64,000 nucleotides of DNA, taken from contig CAVPCQ010000015.1 in the NCBI GenBank assembly GCA_963702425.1, positions 95,382 to 159,381 of the forward strand, given 5' to 3'. The position numbers and the translations under genes are program-made. The notes beneath the pieces were generated by a model. It did not search any database and was not told where the DNA came from. It was given only the letters and a program-made list of their open reading frames with translations. Positions 39,624 through 48,238 of the stretch are shown piece by piece; position 1 is the stretch's first letter; the number at the start of each line of letters is the position of its first letter. Source of the DNA: an uncultured Acidobacteriota bacterium (GTDB lineage Bacteria > Acidobacteriota > Polarisedimenticolia > J045).

Positions 39624-42600
39624 TCAAGGGCACGCCGTGCTCGTTCGCTCCGTGCCGCTGCTCGCGCTGCCGTAGGTTCCGATCCCGCAGCCGGCGACCC
39701 GTTCCCGGACGACGTACCAGAATCCGCGGTTGGGGGCGGGAGTGACGGGGTCTGGCGCCGTGGTCCCCGTGACGGCCTGCGCGAGGCAGGACTCGTTGGG
39801 GCCCGTTCCCACGGGGAGCTGGCGGAGATCGCCCTTCAGGACGTCATACGTCCTCGTGGGCCCCGTGACGCCCGAGTCCCACACCAGATTCACCTTGGTC
39901 GAGGGGAACGCGAGACCGGTGACTTCCGTCGGGAGGGGGAAGGCGGTGAGAACCAGCGAGGTCGCCCCATAGGTCGCCTTCCAGCCGAGGCACGGAATCG
40001 TCGGCAGGTTCAGCGTGTAGGTGCCGGTGTGCGAGGGGTAGGTCATGATCGTGAAGCTGTCCCCGGCGGCCGGCACGAACGAGTTGACGAGGCTCACGTT
40101 GAGGACTCCCGCCAGCGTGGCGACGCTGCCGGCGCCCGAGACGTTGACGGTGTCGAATTGCGAGCCGGGCGCCGTCCCGCCGATCTCCACGTTGAAGGCT
40201 CCGCCCGGGCCCTGCTGGGTGTAGTTCCCCACGAGGCTCAGCGTGCCCGGCGACAGCCCGGGAGTGAGGACGCCTGTCCCCGAGACGATCACGGGACCGG
40301 TGACGGTGCCCGATCCTGCGAGGACCCCGCCCTGGATGGCGATGCTCGAGGTCGAGGAGAGCGCGCCTCCCGTCAGCCGGGTGACACCGGCCGTCTGCTT
40401 GTAGCTCGATCCGCTCACGTTGAGTGTGCCGCTCTGGACGTCGACGGTGCCGGTGTTGGTGAACGCGATCGAGATCGACGAGGTGCCGGTGCCGGCCGAC
40501 TTCTTGAAAGTGCCCGAGTTGTTGAAGCTGGTCGCGCCGAGGTAGTAGTTGACGATCGCGGCGCCGTCGGTCTGGGCGTCCCAGGTCCCGGAATTGTTGA
40601 TGACCGACCCGGACCCGGTGCGCATCCCCAGGCCGTTCGCCGAGGTCCAGGTCGCGGTCGAGGCGTTGTTCAGCGTCCGGTTGCCGTTGATGGCGACCAG
40701 GCCGCTGAGGTTGAGCGGTCCGTTGACCGTCGTCACCCCCGCCCCGGTCATCAGGCCTCCGGACCAGTTGAACGTGCCGTTCGTGGTCAGCGTCCCGGTC
40801 CCGGCCAGCGTCCCGGCCAGGAACGTGAAGGTCGTAGCCGCGGGGATGGCGACCGCCGTGTTGACGTTCAGGGTGCCGCTGCTGTTGAGGAGGACCGTTC
40901 CGGGCCCCGCGACGGTCGTGCCGGCGTTGAGGTCGAAGACGCCGGCCGCGAACAGCAGGGTCGCCGACGCCCCCGAGACGTTCAGCGCCGCCGTGCTGCT
41001 CCCGTTGGCGCCCAGGCTCAGCGTGCCGCTCTGGACGTCCACGGTGCCGGTGTTGGTGAACGCGATCGAGATCGACGTGGTGCCGGTGCCGGCCGACTTC
41101 TTGAAGGTCCCGGAGTTGTTGAACGTGGTGGCGCCGCCGTAGTAGTTGACGATCGCGGCACCGTCGGTCTGGGCGTCCCAGGTCCCGGTGTTGTTGATGA
41201 CCGACCCGGACCCGGTGCGCATCCCCAGGCCGTTCGCGGAGCTCCAGTTCGCGGTCGAGGCGTTGTTCAGCGTCCGGCTGCCGTTGATGGCGATCAACCC
41301 GCTGAGGTTGAACGGACCGTTCACCGTCGTCACCCCCGCCCCGGTCATCAGTCCTCCCGACCAGTTGAACGGGCCGTTCGTGGTCAGCGTCCCGGTCCCG
41401 GCCAGCGTCCCGGCCATGAACGTGAAGGTCGTGGCCACGGGGATGGCGACCGCCGTGTTGACGTTCAGGGTGCCGCTGCTGTTGAGGAGGACCGTTCCGG
41501 GCCCCGCGACGGTCGTGCCGGCGTTGAGGTCGAAGACGCCGGCCGCGAACAGCAGGGTCGCCGACGCCCCCGAGACGTTCAGCGCCGCCGTGCTGCTCCC
41601 GTTGGCGCCCAGGCTCAGCGTGCCGCTCTGGACGTCCACGGTGCCGGTGTTGGTGAACAGGATGGTGACCGACGTGGTGCCGGTGCCCGCCGACTTCTTG
41701 AAGGTCCCGGAGTTGTTGAACGTGGTGGCGCCGCCGTAGTAGTTGACGATCGCGGCGCCGTCGGTCTGGGCGTCCCAGGTCCCGGTGTTGTTGATGACCG
41801 ACCCGGACCCGGTGCGCATCCCCAGGCCGTTCGCGGAGCTCCAGTTCGCCGTCGAGGCGTTGTTCAGCGTCCGGCTGCCGTTGATGGCGACCAACCCGCT
41901 GAGGTTGAACGGACCGTTCACCGTCGTCACCCCCGCCCCGGTCATCAGTCCTCCCGACCAGTTGAACGGGCCGTTCGTGGTCAGCGTCCCGGTCCCGGCC
42001 AGCGTCCCGGCCATGAACGTGAAGGTCGTGGCCACGGGGATGGCGACCGCCGTGTTGACGTTCAGGGTGCCGCTGCTGTTGAGGAGGACCGTTCCGGGCC
42101 CCGCGACGGTCGTGCCGGCGTTGAGGTCGAAGACGCCGGCCGCGAACAGCAGGGTCGCCGACGCCCCCGAGACGTTCAGCGCCGCCGTGCTGCTCCCGTT
42201 GGCGCCCAGGCTCAGCGTGCCGCTCTGGACGTCCACGGTGCCGGTGTTGGTGAACAGGATGGTGACCGACGTGGTGCCGGTGCCCGCCGACTTCTTGAAG
42301 GTCCCGGAGTTGTTGAACGTGGTGGCGCCGCCGTAGTAGTTGACGATCGCGGCGCCGTCGGTCTGGGCGTCCCAGGTCCCGGTGTTGTTGATGACCGACC
42401 CGGACCCGGTGCGCATCCCCAGGCCGTTCGCCGAAGACCAGTTCGCGGTAGAGGCGTTGTTCAGCGTCCGGTTGGCGTTGATGGCGGTCAGGCCGCTCAG
42501 GTTGAACGGGCCGTTCACCGTCGTCACCCCCGCCCCGGTCATCAGTCCGCCGGACCAGTTGTAGGTCCCGTTGATGATCAGGCTCCCGCTGCCGGCGATT

Positions 42601-44372
42601 GTCCCGCCGCTCTGTCCAAGGACGCCGTTGGCGTTGACCGTGGACGGCGCGTTCAGCGTGAGGGTCGGGGAGGCGATCGAGAGCGTCTGGGTCCCGCTGC
42701 CGCCGCCCAGGTTCAGACTGTTCACGGTGGCGTTGACGTCGAGCGTCACCGTGAAGGTCGTGTTGGCTCCGTTCGCACCGATGACGACGTCGTCCCCCGC
42801 GGCCGGCAGCTGGGCCGGGCTCCAGTTCGCGGGATTGCTCCAGTTCCCGGTGCCGGCGTTCCAGCTGATGGTCATGGCGGGCGCCAGCAGGGGTTCCGAG
42901 AACTCCGACGTGTTGCCGTCCGCATCGGTCGCCGTCGCCGTCACGCTGTCCCGCGAGTGAATCCCATCGGAAAGGCGCAGCAGGAAGCCGGCCCTGCCGT
43001 CCGCACCGGTAGTCACCTCCGCGGAGGCCAGGAGCCGTTCCCCTTCGGACCCGGGGAGGCGTTCGCGGGGCTGCTCGGCCGATCCGATCCGTGGGACGAG
43101 GAGGTGCGCGCTCGTGGCGAAGAGCTCGATCCGGTACGTTTCCGATGGGTCTCCCTCGAAAACGCCCTCGACCGTCGCCTCGGCCGCCTGGCCTGCGCGC
43201 GCCGGCGGGAAGGCCACGGACGTCAGCGTGGGCGGCCGCTGGAAGCGGTTCGGACCGGTGCCGGGCTCCCGCGGGGAGTCCAGGGCGTCCGCTTCCAGCT
43301 CGATCCCGCCGCTCCCGTTGCGGACGATGCGGTTGCCGAGGACCGTGTTCCCGGTGGATCCGGCGCCGGAGATCCGCACGCCCCGCCCGTCGTTCTCAGC
43401 GATCGTGTTCGCGGCGGAAGGAGTGGATCCGCCGATCGCGTTGCCTGAGGAATCGACGATCGCGACGCCGCTGCCCGCGTTCGAGCCGCCGCTCGCCCCG
43501 TCGCCAGCGCCACCGAGGACGTTGCTTTCGATGACGTTGGATCCGCCGCCTTCGATCCGGATGCCGTCACCCTTGAAGCCGTGGATCCGGAGCCCCCGGA
43601 TCGTGCTCGAGCCGGTGCGGAGAAGCAGGCCGTGCGCGGGTTGAATCAGCTGGCGCCCGTCCAGCTCCACCACCGGGATCGGATCGCTCCCGTTCGGGAG
43701 GGCTCCCGTGAGGGTCTCCTGCCGGGAATCGCCGTCGATCACGACCGGGTCCGTGATCGCTGGGAGCGCCGCCAGCAGCGTGATCGAGTGCGGTCCCTGG
43801 CCCGGGATCTCGAAGCGGACACGGTCGATGCCGTCCTGGTTGCCGGATCCGTTGGCATCGAGGATCGCCTGGGTAAGGGAGCCGGGTCCCGAGTCGTTCG
43901 TGTTCGTGACGAGGAACGTCCGCCCGACCGTAGGCTCGGCTTGCTTCCGGGGCCGCTCCCCAATGCGGGCCGGGTCGATCGGTGCGCTCTCCCCCGCCGC
44001 GACGAGCCCGACGCCGATGACGACGCCTCCCCGCGGGGCGGGCGTGTACCACACGTCCCACGCGACGGCGTCGCCGCATCGATCGAGGTGCCAGCGCTCC
44101 TGCCAGGGGCCCGCAGGACCCGCCTCGCGCGGCGACGATGCGGGGACCGGCGGCCGGATCAGCTCGGCTGTCACGAGCGCCCGACTTCCGCACCCCGGGG
44201 CCCTGGCGGCATCCAGCTCCAGGAGCAGCGTCGTGGTGTCCCGCTGCAGTTGCTCCGGCGCGACGGACTCACCGGGAATCTCCGCGGCGACCGGGAGCGC
44301 GAGGGCGAGCAGGATCGAGAAGACGGCGGCGGCGGCGCGGCTCGCGTCGTGTCGGGCATGGGCGGATCTCAT
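39624..44372 (-). CDS. Large secreted beta-helix repeat protein (adhesin-like), 1582 aa
   Basis: Signal peptide; VTNTNDSGPGSL.QAILDAN parallel beta-helix domain; G/T/N/S-rich 199-aa repeats; TPG.SPG.L cap; Cys-containing C-terminal domain ending TACP; no beta-barrel. Confidence 0.85.
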   Translation of the reverse strand: MRSAHARHDASRAAAAVFSILLALALPVAAEIPGESVAPEQLQRDTTTLLLELDAARAPGCGSRALVTAELIRPPVPASSPREAGPAGPWQERWHLDRCGDAVAWDVWYTPAPRGGVVIGVGLVAAGESAPIDPARIGERPRKQAEPTVGRTFLVTNTNDSGPGSLTQAILDANGSGNQDGIDRVRFEIPGQGPHSITLLAALPAITDPVVIDGDSRQETLTGALPNGSDPIPVVELDGRQLIQPAHGLLLRTGSSTIRGLRIHGFKGDGIRIEGGGSNVIESNVLGGAGDGASGGSNAGSGVAIVDSSGNAIGGSTPSAANTIAENDGRGVRISGAGSTGNTVLGNRIVRNGSGGIELEADALDSPREPGTGPNRFQRPPTLTSVAFPPARAGQAAEATVEGVFEGDPSETYRIELFATSAHLLVPRIGSAEQPRERLPGSEGERLLASAEVTTGADGRAGFLLRLSDGIHSRDSVTATATDADGNTSEFSEPLLAPAMTISWNAGTGNWSNPANWSPAQLPAAGDDVVIGANGANTTFTVTLDVNATVNSLNLGGGSGTQTLSIASPTLTLNAPSTVNANGVLGQSGGTIAGSGSLIINGTYNWSGGLMTGAGVTTVNGPFNLSGLTAINANRTLNNASTANWSSANGLGMRTGSGSVINNTGTWDAQTDGAAIVNYYGGATTFNNSGTFKKSAGTGTTSVTILFTNTGTVDVQSGTLSLGANGSSTAALNVSGASATLLFAAGVFDLNAGTTVAGPGTVLLNSSGTLNVNTAVAIPVATTFTFMAGTLAGTGTLTTNGPFNWSGGLMTGAGVTTVNGPFNLSGLVAINGSRTLNNASTANWSSANGLGMRTGSGSVINNTGTWDAQTDGAAIVNYYGGATTFNNSGTFKKSAGTGTTSVTILFTNTGTVDVQSGTLSLGANGSSTAALNVSGASATLLFAAGVFDLNAGTTVAGPGTVLLNSSGTLNVNTAVAIPVATTFTFMAGTLAGTGTLTTNGPFNWSGGLMTGAGVTTVNGPFNLSGLIAINGSRTLNNASTANWSSANGLGMRTGSGSVINNTGTWDAQTDGAAIVNYYGGATTFNNSGTFKKSAGTGTTSISIAFTNTGTVDVQSGTLSLGANGSSTAALNVSGASATLLFAAGVFDLNAGTTVAGPGTVLLNSSGTLNVNTAVAIPAATTFTFLAGTLAGTGTLTTNGTFNWSGGLMTGAGVTTVNGPLNLSGLVAINGNRTLNNASTATWTSANGLGMRTGSGSVINNSGTWDAQTDGAAIVNYYLGATSFNNSGTFKKSAGTGTSSISIAFTNTGTVDVQSGTLNVSGSSYKQTAGVTRLTGGALSSTSSIAIQGGVLAGSGTVTGPVIVSGTGVLTPGLSPGTLSLVGNYTQQGPGGAFNVEIGGTAPGSQFDTVNVSGAGSVATLAGVLNVSLVNSFVPAAGDSFTIMTYPSHTGTYTLNLPTIPCLGWKATYGATSLVLTAFPLPTEVTGLAFPSTKVNLVWDSGVTGPTRTYDVLKGDLRQLPVGTGPNESCLAQAVTGTTAPDPVTPAPNRGFWYVVRERVAGCGIGTYGSASSGTERTSTACP
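40424..42560. repeat. 597-bp coding tandem repeat, about 3.6 copies
   Basis: Near-identical blocks recur at 40549, 41146, 41743 and 42340 (period 597). Confidence 0.95.
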
Positions 44373-44431
44373 GGCGTTCTCCCTGGGCCGGTGGCGGCTC
44401 CCGGTGCTTGGATTCGGAATGGGCCGGACCG

Positions 44432-44746
44432 CTACGCGGCGCGGGCCAGCGAGGTGAACTCGCCGTACCCCTCCTCGACCGCCTTGAGGTTCTTCACGCC
44501 CCGGCCGCGCATCCACCAGCCGAGGATCAGCATCGGGATCCCGATGAAGGACATGAGGATCGTGATGGTCAGCATGGCGCCGAGGACCATCACGTAGACG
44601 CCCACGTACTTGGGGAACTTGGCGAGCGAGACGAGGTTCGCCTTCTGCGTGTGAATGATGTCGGGATCGCGCGAGCCGGTCGACTTCAGGTAACCGATGA
44701 CCGACGACTTGTCGAGCTTGAGAAACGGACTCCGTTCGATCTGCAT
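44432..44746 (-). CDS. Small membrane protein (104 aa, hydrophobic hairpin)
   Basis: AAAGGAG RBS; MQIERSPFLKLDK... with hydrophobic segment VGVYVMVLGAMLTITILMSFIGIPMLILGWW. Confidence 0.7.
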   Translation of the reverse strand: MQIERSPFLKLDKSSVIGYLKSTGSRDPDIIHTQKANLVSLAKFPKYVGVYVMVLGAMLTITILMSFIGIPMLILGWWMRGRGVKNLKAVEEGYGEFTSLARAA

Positions 44747-44769
44747 GGGGTGGCTCCTTTCACCTCCGC

Positions 44770-44799
44770 ATTGCGCGAACGAACCAGAAAATCCGTCAC
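44770..44799 (-). promoter_or_regulatory. Candidate ECF-type promoter for the leftward operon
   Basis: GTGACG-gattttctggttcgtt-CGCGCAAT just upstream of the RBS; not sigma70-like; assignment to the neighbouring ECF is inference. Confidence 0.3.
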
Positions 44800-44903
44800 G
44801 GCCGCGAGCGGGAGCGCGATCGGAACCGGGTTGGTCCGGCATCGCGAGGCGTGTTAACTTCGCTAGGCTACTCGGTAATTCTGCACCGCGGAGGGGGCCC
44901 GGC

Positions 44904-45461
44904 ATGGAATATGAGCTGGGTGACAAACTGCTAAGTGATGACACGGGCGGCCGGCAGGCCCTGGATGACCTGTTCTGCCTGACCTACTCCGAACTGCGCC
45001 GCCTCGCCTCCAGCATCCGTCGCCACGACGCCCGGGCCACGATCAATCCGACCGCGCTCGTCAACGAGGCCTGGCTCAAGCTCGCCCACTCGCCGTCGCT
45101 CGGCTCGCTCACGCCCCTGCATTTCAAACGGATCGCCGCGCGTGCCATGCGCCAGGTGCTGGTCGAAGCGGCCCGGCGCCGGAGTTCCGACAAGCGCGGC
45201 GGCGGGCTCGCCCTGGCGACCCTGGACGAGGCGTTCGAACCGGTCGCCGGGGGCGGGGATCACCTGCTTGCGTTAGACGCCGCGCTCGACCAACTGGCTC
45301 GGATCGACCCGCGCCAGGCGGCCGTGGTCGAGAGCCGCTTCTTCGGCGGGCTCGACGTCACCGAGACCGCGCAGGCGCTCTCGATCTCCGAGGCCACCGT
45401 CCTTCGCGACTGGCGCGCCGCTCGCGCCTGGCTCGCCCAGCAGCTCCGCCGAGCGTACTGA
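44904..45461 (+). CDS. ECF sigma factor, STK-associated (ECF43/TIGR02999-like)
   Basis: LF...Y.ELRRLA, T.NPTALVNEAWLKL, AARAMRQVLVE.AR....KRGG, E.RFFGGL...ETA..L.IS.ATV.RDW..ARAWL. Confidence 0.9.
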   Translation: MEYELGDKLLSDDTGGRQALDDLFCLTYSELRRLASSIRRHDARATINPTALVNEAWLKLAHSPSLGSLTPLHFKRIAARAMRQVLVEAARRRSSDKRGGGLALATLDEAFEPVAGGGDHLLALDAALDQLARIDPRQAAVVESRFFGGLDVTETAQALSISEATVLRDWRAARAWLAQQLRRAY

Positions 45462-45504
45462 CGGGCGCGAGGGGCCGCCCAGTCGCGGCGCCGGGGATCT
45501 GCCG

Positions 45505-48210
45505 ATGGACGGTACGCGCTGGGAGCGACTCCAGGTCCTGTTCCACGGTGCAGTCGATCTGCCGCCGGACGCGCGGGATGCGTACCTGCGTGCCGAGGGG
45601 GGCGACGACCCGGACCTCGTCGCCGAGGTCGCGGCACTGCTGAACGAGGACGGGAGCGGCGGCTCGGTCCTCGATCACGGCGTGGCCCGCGTCGCGGAAG
45701 CGGTCCTCGGCGACGCCGACCCGGACCTGCTGCCGCGGCAGCGCTTCGGACCGTACGCGATCAAGGGGATCCTGGGCGAAGGCGGGATGGGGATCGTGTA
45801 CCTCGCCGAGCGTGACGACCTCGGCAGCCAGGTGGCGATCAAGGTCCTGCGCGACGCGTGGCTCTCGCGCGCGCGGCGCGAGCGCTTCGCCGCTGAGCAG
45901 CGGACACTGGCCCAGCTCAGTCACCCTTCGATCGCGCGGCTCTACGACGCCGACGCGCTTCCCGACGGCACGCCGTGGTTCGTCATGGAGTACATCGAGG
46001 GTGTTCCGCTCACCGAGTACTGCCGCACGCACGCCACGTCGATCGAGGGGCGGCTCGAGCTGGTCCGCGCGGTCGGCGAGGCCGTGCAGTACGCCCACGC
46101 GCAGGCGGTGATCCATCGCGACCTGAAGCCGTCGAACATCCTCGTGACGCCCAACGGCAGCGTGAAGCTGCTCGACTTCGGGATCGCCAGGCACCTCGAA
46201 AGCCTCGACGCGCCGATCGACCAGACGCGGACCGGCCTGCGTCTGTTGACCCCGGCCTACGCGGCGCCCGAACAGATCCGCGGCGAACCCGTGGGGATCC
46301 GCGCCGACGTCTACGCCTTGGGAGTGATCCTCTACGAGCTGCTGACGGGACGGCTGCCGTTCGACGTGTCGAATCGCGCGCCGGCCGAGGCGGTCTCGAT
46401 CGTCACGGAGCGGGAGCCCGAGCGCCCCTCGGTCGTGGCGCGGCGGGCCCAAGCAGCAGCGGGCCACCGCTCGTCGGCGAGCCTGCCCCTCGGTCCCTGG
46501 CCCCGCTCGGCCGGGAGGATCTCATGGTCGGACCTCGACGTGCTGTGCCTGACCGCGATGCACCGGGATCCGCAGCGGCGCTACCCGACGGTGGAGGCGC
46601 TGATCCGCGACCTCGACCGCTATCTCGCGGGCGAGCCGCTGCAGGCCCGTCCCGACGCGGTGGGCTACCGGCTGGGCAAGTTCGTCCAGCGCAACCGGGC
46701 CGCGGTCGCCGCCGCCGCACTCGCGCTGGCGACGGTGGTCGGGCTGGTGGCGTACTACACGGTCCGCCTGGCTCGCGCGCGCAACGTGGCCGTGGCCGAG
46801 GCGGCGCGCACCGAGCGGATCCAGCGCTTCATGCTGCGCCTCTTCGAGGGAGGCGACGAGGCGGTCGGGCCGGCCGAGGACCTGCGCGTCGTGACGCTGG
46901 TCGATCGCGGCGTGCAGGAGGCGCGGAGCCTCTCCGCGGAGCCCGCCGTGCAGGCGGAGCTGCTCGGGACGCTCGGGGGGATCTACCAGAAACTGGGCCG
47001 GCTCGATCGGGCGGACACGCTGCTCCGGTCGGCTCTCGACCAGCGCCGCACGCTGCTGGGCGCCGGTCATCCCGACGTGGCGGCGAGCGCGGTGGCGCTG
47101 GGACTCCTGCGCTCCGACCAGGCGCAGTTCGAGGAAGGCGAACGGCTGGTCCGCGACGGCCTCGAGGCCTCGCGGCGGGCCCTTCCGGCCGATCACCCCG
47201 CCGTCGCCGCGGCCACGGCCGCGCTAGGCCACGTGCTCGTGGAGAAGGGGTCCTATGTCGAGGCGACGCAGGTGCTCGACGAGGCGGTCCGGCTCCAGGA
47301 ACTGCACGGCGCGACGACGCCCGAGACGGCGGCCGCCCTGCACGAGCTGTCCAGCGCGCACTTCTACCAGGGGCACTGGCCGATCGCGGAGTCGCTGACC
47401 AACCGCGTGCTCGCGCTGGATCGGGCCCTCTACGGCGAGCATCACCCTCACGTGGCGGACGACCTGGTCGACCTCGGCGCGATCCAGCACGAGCAGGGCC
47501 GATACTCCGATGCCGAGCGCTACTACCGCGAGGCGCTCGAGATCACGCGGTCGTGGTTCGGGACCGACCACTACAAGACCGCGTCCAACCTGACGATGCT
47601 CGGCCGCTCGCTGGTGTTCCAGAAGCGCTTCGAGGAGGCGGAGCGCCTGCTCCGGGAGGCGGTGGCCATCCAGGAGCGCGTCTTCGGGCCCGATCATCCG
47701 CGCGTCGCGTCGGCGGTCAACGAGCTGGGGAACGTGGCACTGCAGCGGGATCAGCTGGACGACGCCGAGGCCGCGTACCGCCGGATGGTCGAGATCTACC
47801 GCAAGGCCTACCCCAAGGGCCACTACCTGGTCGGCATCGCCCTGTCGAATCTGGCCAGCGTCCAGATGGCACGCGGGGAGAACGCCCGGGCCGAGCAGCT
47901 CTTCCGCGAGGCGCTCGCGGTCTACGGCGCGACGCTGGGCCCGGATCACTCGAACACGGCGATCGCGCGGATCAAGCTCGGGCGCTCGCTCCTGCGGCAG
48001 AAGCGCTACGCCGAGGCCGAGCGGGAGACATCGGGCGGCTACGCGATCATGGTCCGGCAGGCCGACCCGGCGGTCAGTTACCTGACTGCGGCGAGAAGCG
48101 ACCTGGCTGCGATCTACGACGCGCTGGGCCGGCCGGAGCAGGCCGCGGAGTTTCGCGTCGAACCCGGCGGGACGAGGGGCGCTGTGGCGGGGGGCGCGAC
48201 GTCGAAGTGA
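45505..48210 (+). CDS. Membrane Ser/Thr protein kinase with C-terminal TPR array
   Basis: GEGGMG.VY, VAIK, HRDLKPSN, DFGIA, TPAYAAPEQ; TM helix; kinesin-light-chain-like TPRs (G..HP.VA). Confidence 0.93.
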   Translation: MDGTRWERLQVLFHGAVDLPPDARDAYLRAEGGDDPDLVAEVAALLNEDGSGGSVLDHGVARVAEAVLGDADPDLLPRQRFGPYAIKGILGEGGMGIVYLAERDDLGSQVAIKVLRDAWLSRARRERFAAEQRTLAQLSHPSIARLYDADALPDGTPWFVMEYIEGVPLTEYCRTHATSIEGRLELVRAVGEAVQYAHAQAVIHRDLKPSNILVTPNGSVKLLDFGIARHLESLDAPIDQTRTGLRLLTPAYAAPEQIRGEPVGIRADVYALGVILYELLTGRLPFDVSNRAPAEAVSIVTEREPERPSVVARRAQAAAGHRSSASLPLGPWPRSAGRISWSDLDVLCLTAMHRDPQRRYPTVEALIRDLDRYLAGEPLQARPDAVGYRLGKFVQRNRAAVAAAALALATVVGLVAYYTVRLARARNVAVAEAARTERIQRFMLRLFEGGDEAVGPAEDLRVVTLVDRGVQEARSLSAEPAVQAELLGTLGGIYQKLGRLDRADTLLRSALDQRRTLLGAGHPDVAASAVALGLLRSDQAQFEEGERLVRDGLEASRRALPADHPAVAAATAALGHVLVEKGSYVEATQVLDEAVRLQELHGATTPETAAALHELSSAHFYQGHWPIAESLTNRVLALDRALYGEHHPHVADDLVDLGAIQHEQGRYSDAERYYREALEITRSWFGTDHYKTASNLTMLGRSLVFQKRFEEAERLLREAVAIQERVFGPDHPRVASAVNELGNVALQRDQLDDAEAAYRRMVEIYRKAYPKGHYLVGIALSNLASVQMARGENARAEQLFREALAVYGATLGPDHSNTAIARIKLGRSLLRQKRYAEAERETSGGYAIMVRQADPAVSYLTAARSDLAAIYDALGRPEQAAEFRVEPGGTRGAVAGGATSK

Positions 48211-48238
48211 TCCCGGCCGCGCGGACCCGCGCGGCGCA

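Noticed and set aside
39600-43448. 1282-aa plus-strand ORF and the 197-aa ORFs repeating at 40549, 41146 and 41743
   Set aside because: Antisense shadows of the repeat exoprotein; stop codons are scarce at this GC content and the translations are Arg/Gly-rich with no motifs
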